Made by a program: the position numbers and the translations under genes
The notes under the pieces: generated by a model
Seen by the model: the letters and a program-made list of their open reading frames with translations, nothing else
What the model was told of the DNA's origin: nothing
The model's database searches: none
Part shown: one piece after another, positions 60,901-64,000 of the stretch
Layout: every line of letters begins with the position of its first letter
Position numbering within the stretch: position 1 is the first letter of the stretch
From: an uncultured Bacteroidales bacterium
GTDB lineage: Bacteria; Bacteroidota; Bacteroidia; Bacteroidales; VadinHA17
NCBI GenBank assembly: GCA_942492865.1
Contig: OW818650.1
Location: 1,520,057-1,584,056 of the forward strand
Direction: 5' to 3'
DNA: 64,000 nt

Positions 60901-61525
60901 TGGGAAGGTCACAGTACCAGTCATAGAAACTGAGGTGTACTCCTCCGAAAAGCTGGAGAAATCGTGATCCTGCTGCGAAGCTCATCATCGACATGGCAGG
61001 GATGGGAGAGAAACCAACCACCCTGTCGGGACCATATTTCTTTGCAGTGTATATATTTGCCGCACCGATTATTTCCAGGGCCTGTTCCCATGATGTTCTT
61101 CTAAGGCCTCCTTTTCCCCTGATCTTCTGATATCGTTTTCTCTTTTCCGGATCATTCTGGATGCTTTGCCAGGCAAGCAGAGCATCGCCGGTTATTTCTT
61201 TTTCCTGTATGAACATGTCAAGAAGGGCTCCCCGTATCATGGGATATTTGATCCTGACAGGGCTGTATATATACCATGAAGCAGATATTCCACGCTGACA
61301 ACCCCTGGGTTCATAAGGAGGTATTGAATTTTCAAGCAGAGGATAGTCGACTGCCTGGGTCTCCCAGACCACTATTCCCTCTTTCACATAGACACTCCAG
61401 GAGCAACCACCGGTGCAATTTACACCGTGAGTGCTCCGTACAACTTTATCATGCTGCCAGCGGTTACGATAAAACTCTTCCCATTGCCTCGTTTTGGGCG
61501 ATATTAAATCTTTTATCCAGCTCAT
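57914..61525 (-). CDS. narG: Respiratory nitrate reductase alpha subunit (cytoplasm-facing)
   Basis: [14 protein letters not shown] (His/3Cys FS0), [10 protein letters not shown] (Asp ligand), [10 protein letters not shown]; no Tat signal. Confidence 0.96.
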   Translation of the reverse strand: MSWIKDLISPKTRQWEEFYRNRWQHDKVVRSTHGVNCTGGCSWSVYVKEGIVVWETQAVDYPLLENSIPPYEPRGCQRGISASWYIYSPVRIKYPMIRGALLDMFIQEKEITGDALLAWQSIQNDPEKRKRYQKIRGKGGLRRTSWEQALEIIGAANIYTAKKYGPDRVVGFSPIPAMSMMSFAAGSRFLQLFGGVHLSFYDWYCDLPNSFPEMWGEQTDVAESADWFNAKFIACMGANLSMTRTPDVHFFSDARHNGTKTVVFSPDFSMVAKYSDQWIPVHAGQDGAFWMAVMHVILKEAHFEKKVPYFIDYVKRYTDAPFLVEVKSDGESYLPGRLLRAGSISKYNGIENGDWKFLNLDAITGELVCPPGSSGQRWQNKTGGWNLKYIDEETGEEYDPVLSLINNSDDILQVGFTEFSGNKKILRGVPVRYLATKTGKVAYTTVYDLLMGQFGINRNLAGDYPLTYDDANAPYTPAWQEIYTGISSSTVIQFAQEWWHTAELTKGKCMIIIGTGVNQWYHSNLIYRAASLSLMFTGCIGVNGGGMNHYVGQEKLAPLDSWSVIMSGKDWQKPVRFQQAPIWHYIHSDQWRYDGNQADYNSVPKNDFSAQHTADLIVKAVKNGWMPFFPQYNKSTFDIVNEARQAGAEDDKTIIDYVLGRLKDGSLKYSVTNPDDEANFPRVWYIWRGNAILSSAKGHEFFLKHYLGTHHNDIAEEVADKFVKELEWKENAPQGKMDLVVDLNIRMDTSALYSDIILPSASWYEKADLNTTDLHSFIHPLGAAVPPVWESKSDWEIFREIARVTSESAAKHFPEPVLDLVNVPLDHDTSAEISQPKILDWSKGECEAVPGKSMHHIVPVTREYPKLYEKFINLGRNARGRIGAHGLTFSIEDYYDQLLQDHEHVNNIGDEVFPSLKYDTEAINAVLLLSSVTNGRLSERAFAESSKKTGIDFSREIPVNNDLNPTYGDLQSQPRRLLNSPLWSGLMTKGRAYSAFSINTEYLTPWRTLTGRQHSYLDNEAYIWFGENLPTYKPSPRPELFGELNKTVASGKAKMLNILTPHGKWHIHSTFGDTIRMLTLSRGIEPCWLNEKDAEEMGIADNDWVEVLNDNGVYCTRACISNRIPPGICIVYHSPERTYTAPKSPSRGNVRGGGHNSLTRLHFKPNLLAGGYGQFTYHINYWGPVGVTRDTYVLVQKLDKVEF

Positions 61526-61549
61526 GAAGATAGTTTTGAATCAATATAA

Positions 61550-62407
61550 TTAAGGAATATTACGATTGTCATAAAAAACATAGACATGCACAAGGATAAA
61601 TAAGGCTGCAACAAAGCCTATTGCAAAGAACAGAGCTCCTCCTGACTGACGGATCGGGCCCACGCTGTTTCTTTCATCAACAGATTTTAACAAGGATATA
61701 AGGGCTACTGTCTCATTTTCGGTCAATGGCTTGTTCATCATTGCAGTTCTCATAACCGGGAAAGGAGGATTTGTAATTATCGCGGTCAAACCTGCCGGCC
61801 CTAACTTTGACCATGAAAAGGTAAGATCAAGAGCTACCCTTCCTCCACCGAGAAGAGACTGATCTCTGATGTTATGGCACGACATGCAGGGTGCTGTTTT
61901 ATTGACAAATCTAAATGTCCCGTTGAATAAGGCACGGCCTTCATCTGCATATTCGGCTGTATATTGCATTGAAACTGTGTCAGCAGAAACCTGTACGGAA
62001 TCCTGTGATATAGGCTTATCCTTCTGTGAAGGCTGGACTGCAGTCAGTGACCCCGGAGCCTGTGTCGCCCCTCCGGCTGATTTTATATGATCGATTATGC
62101 TTATTATCTGTTCATCCGACATATTATTGTCGGGCATTGGGATCTTGTTATATTCGTTATATATCGCAATTGCATCCTTATCACCGGCTTTGATAAGCTT
62201 CTGCGAAGAACGGATGAAACCAATGAGCCATTCATTGTCTCTCCTGTTGTGAATACCGGAAAGATCGGGCCCGATGAGACGGCCCCCATTTATTGTGTGA
62301 CAAGCTGCACATGTTGATTTGAATAATTCCCCGCCATTTTGACCGGATACTGGTAGATTTATGTAAAACAGAATCAGAAAGATGCCCAAAGGGAAGATCT
62401 TTTTCAT
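61550..62407 (-). CDS. Di-heme c-type cytochrome, membrane-anchored (NarC-like)
   Basis: Signal peptide, CAACH and CMSCH, candidate axial Met in IPMP and FPVM, C-terminal TM. Confidence 0.85.
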   Translation of the reverse strand: MKKIFPLGIFLILFYINLPVSGQNGGELFKSTCAACHTINGGRLIGPDLSGIHNRRDNEWLIGFIRSSQKLIKAGDKDAIAIYNEYNKIPMPDNNMSDEQIISIIDHIKSAGGATQAPGSLTAVQPSQKDKPISQDSVQVSADTVSMQYTAEYADEGRALFNGTFRFVNKTAPCMSCHNIRDQSLLGGGRVALDLTFSWSKLGPAGLTAIITNPPFPVMRTAMMNKPLTENETVALISLLKSVDERNSVGPIRQSGGALFFAIGFVAALFILVHVYVFYDNRNIP

Positions 62408-62561
62408 ACATAAAGTTATTTCAGTAATAAGCCAGGAAGAATCACTAAATTAGGAATAATATGTATGAAAAGAAAAATTAAATTGATATTTACATTAAAA
62501 ATTACCTGATGAATGTTCGTTTTCAGCCAGTTGTCCCAAATTTTCGTAATAACAATTATCA

Positions 62562-63836
62562 ATGGATGAAATCAAGTTGACAGGAACACCCGCCCGTGGT
62601 CTGACAGGGACCACAATTGGTTTCTTTTTCGGATTTGCCGCTGTTTCATTGTACGGACCAACGGCGATCAAATTCAAGGAAGCAATGGATCTCAGCCCTG
62701 CCATGATGGGCCTGCTTGTTGCAATTCCTTCACTTTCAGGCTCATTGTTGAGGATACCGTTTGGGGCCTGGGTTGATATAACCGGTGGCCGAAAGCCTTT
62801 TCTTGTCCTTCTCAGCCTTGCCCTGGCAGGGCTGGGTGGAGTCACCCTTCTTTTAAATACCTCATATCCCGGCAATATGGATGGTCTGTATGGACTGATT
62901 CTTTTTTTTGGGATGCTAAGCGGTTGTGGCATTGCCACTTTTTCGGCGGGGATAGGTCAGACTTCATACTGGTTTCCTGTAAAAAAACAGGGAGTGGCAC
63001 TTGGGACATACGCCGGACTCGGAAATCTTGCACCGGGTATCTTCTCTCTGATATTGCCTGTTTACCTTCAGCATTACGGATTCATTTCAGCTTACCTGGC
63101 ATGGTTTATATTCCTTCTCACAGGAACAGTTTTATACGCGCTTGTCGGAACTGATGCCTTTTATTTTCAATTTCTCAAATCCGGATTATCAGAAAATGAT
63201 AGTCGCGACAAAGCAAGGAAACTCGGGCAGGAGCTTTTTCCTTCGGGCAATGTCGGCGAGGTTTTGAGAAGATCGGCAAAAAATGCAAATACATGGAAGC
63301 TTGTTGCGCTTTATTTTACATCTTTCGGAGGATTTATTGCCCTTACGGCATGGTTGCCAATCTACTGGAACCAGTATTTTGGTCTTTCTCCTGTTAATGC
63401 AGGAATCTATACAGCTTCTTTTGCAATTTTGGCATCGGTTATCAGAGTTGGAGGAGGAACCGTATCAGACAAAATAGGTGGAGAAATGACAAGCATGCTG
63501 GCTATGGTCATTATTATTGCTGCTTCAGGTTTTTTTGTTTTTGCGCAGAAGCCGGTTTTGGCTGTTTTCGCCTCGGTTTTACTTGCATCCGGGATGGGAA
63601 TTAATAATGCAGCGGTTTTTAAAATGGTTCCCCGTTGCGTTCCCGGCGCCATTGGAGGTGCTGCAGGATGGATAGGTGGAATCGGTGCTTTCGGCGGTTT
63701 TGTAATTCCTCCGCTTCTTGGCCAGACCGTTTCTGTAATGGGGGATAGGGGATATGGAGCTGGTTTTTCAGTATTTATAGTTTTGGGATTAGCCAACCTG
63801 CTGATAATATACGGATTATTGAAAAAGAGCATTTAA
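62562..63836 (+). CDS. narK: NarK/NNP family MFS nitrate/nitrite transporter
   Basis: 12-TM MFS; conserved Arg in LLRIP and VIRVGGG, AGLGN and GGIGAFGG signatures; divergent from nar. Confidence 0.9.
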   Translation: MDEIKLTGTPARGLTGTTIGFFFGFAAVSLYGPTAIKFKEAMDLSPAMMGLLVAIPSLSGSLLRIPFGAWVDITGGRKPFLVLLSLALAGLGGVTLLLNTSYPGNMDGLYGLILFFGMLSGCGIATFSAGIGQTSYWFPVKKQGVALGTYAGLGNLAPGIFSLILPVYLQHYGFISAYLAWFIFLLTGTVLYALVGTDAFYFQFLKSGLSENDSRDKARKLGQELFPSGNVGEVLRRSAKNANTWKLVALYFTSFGGFIALTAWLPIYWNQYFGLSPVNAGIYTASFAILASVIRVGGGTVSDKIGGEMTSMLAMVIIIAASGFFVFAQKPVLAVFASVLLASGMGINNAAVFKMVPRCVPGAIGGAAGWIGGIGAFGGFVIPPLLGQTVSVMGDRGYGAGFSVFIVLGLANLLIIYGLLKKSI

Positions 63837-63957
63837 TTTATTTAAGGTAAACTATATCAAACGCTGGTCACAGCTAATAGAAAACTGATCTGCAGTGAGG
63901 ACAATTATTCTTATCTTTACTTAAGAGTTTTATTTCATCAGCTACAGGAGGAATATT

Positions 63958-64000
63958 ATGATGTCAAAACTTTTACTTCTGGCAATTTTCGGAATTGCAA
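63958..64000 (+). CDS. Partial ORF start (MMSKLLLLAIFGIA...), signal-peptide-like
   Basis: ATG after AGGAGG; runs off the window. Confidence 0.5.
   Translation, partial: MMSKLLLLAIFGIA

Noticed and set aside
57914-61525. Nitrite oxidoreductase or (per)chlorate/selenate reductase instead of NarG
   Set aside because: No Tat signal, accompanied by narI, narJ and narK, no chlorite dismutase; the anaerobic Bacteroidales context fits Nar
62483-62498. FNR/Crp-like box TTGATATTTACATTAA in the nar-narK promoter
   Set aside because: Only one half-site matches TTGAT-N4-ATCAA at the right spacing, and the region is very AT-rich
1-64000. tRNA, rRNA, riboswitch, IS or prophage elements
   Set aside because: None recognised by eye; TTCGAA-like motifs seen lie inside CDSs. 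Infernal, tRNAscan and ISEScan would be needed to exclude them formally.

Overview
Chromosomal window from a Bacteroidota (most likely Bacteroidales) bacterium. This is supported by recurrent TAnnTTTG -7 promoter elements, a homodimeric-type glycyl-tRNA ligase, a Bacteroidetes-type sdh/frdCAB operon and a PorZ-like T9SS gene. About 47 CDS are present. I found no rRNA, tRNA, CRISPR array or transposase. The left third is mostly housekeeping (M16 protease, dNK, GH3, recO, porZ-like, rdgB, ilvE, ftsX, truB, queA). Two paralogous class III nucleotide cyclases flank porZ-rdgB: a soluble coiled-coil/cyclase/intact-HD protein and a membrane Y_Y_Y/cyclase/dead-HD protein. Next come a glycan locus (GTs, FkbM, Wzx, YfhO) and glyS, nadB, dusB. 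An Rrf2-centred NO-stress island follows (DUF438/DUF1858, polyferredoxin, ric, hemerythrin, qNOR), with a clear palindromic operator. After peptidases and sdhCAB lies a 1.7-kaa cation-chloride-cotransporter-like permease fused to a P-loop NTPase and coupled to an MscS-like gene. The window ends with a narC-like/narGHJI operon divergent from narK. The best candidates for undescribed systems are the complementary cyclase/HD pair and the CCC-NTPase/MscS module. All family assignments come from motif recognition by eye; no database searches were run.
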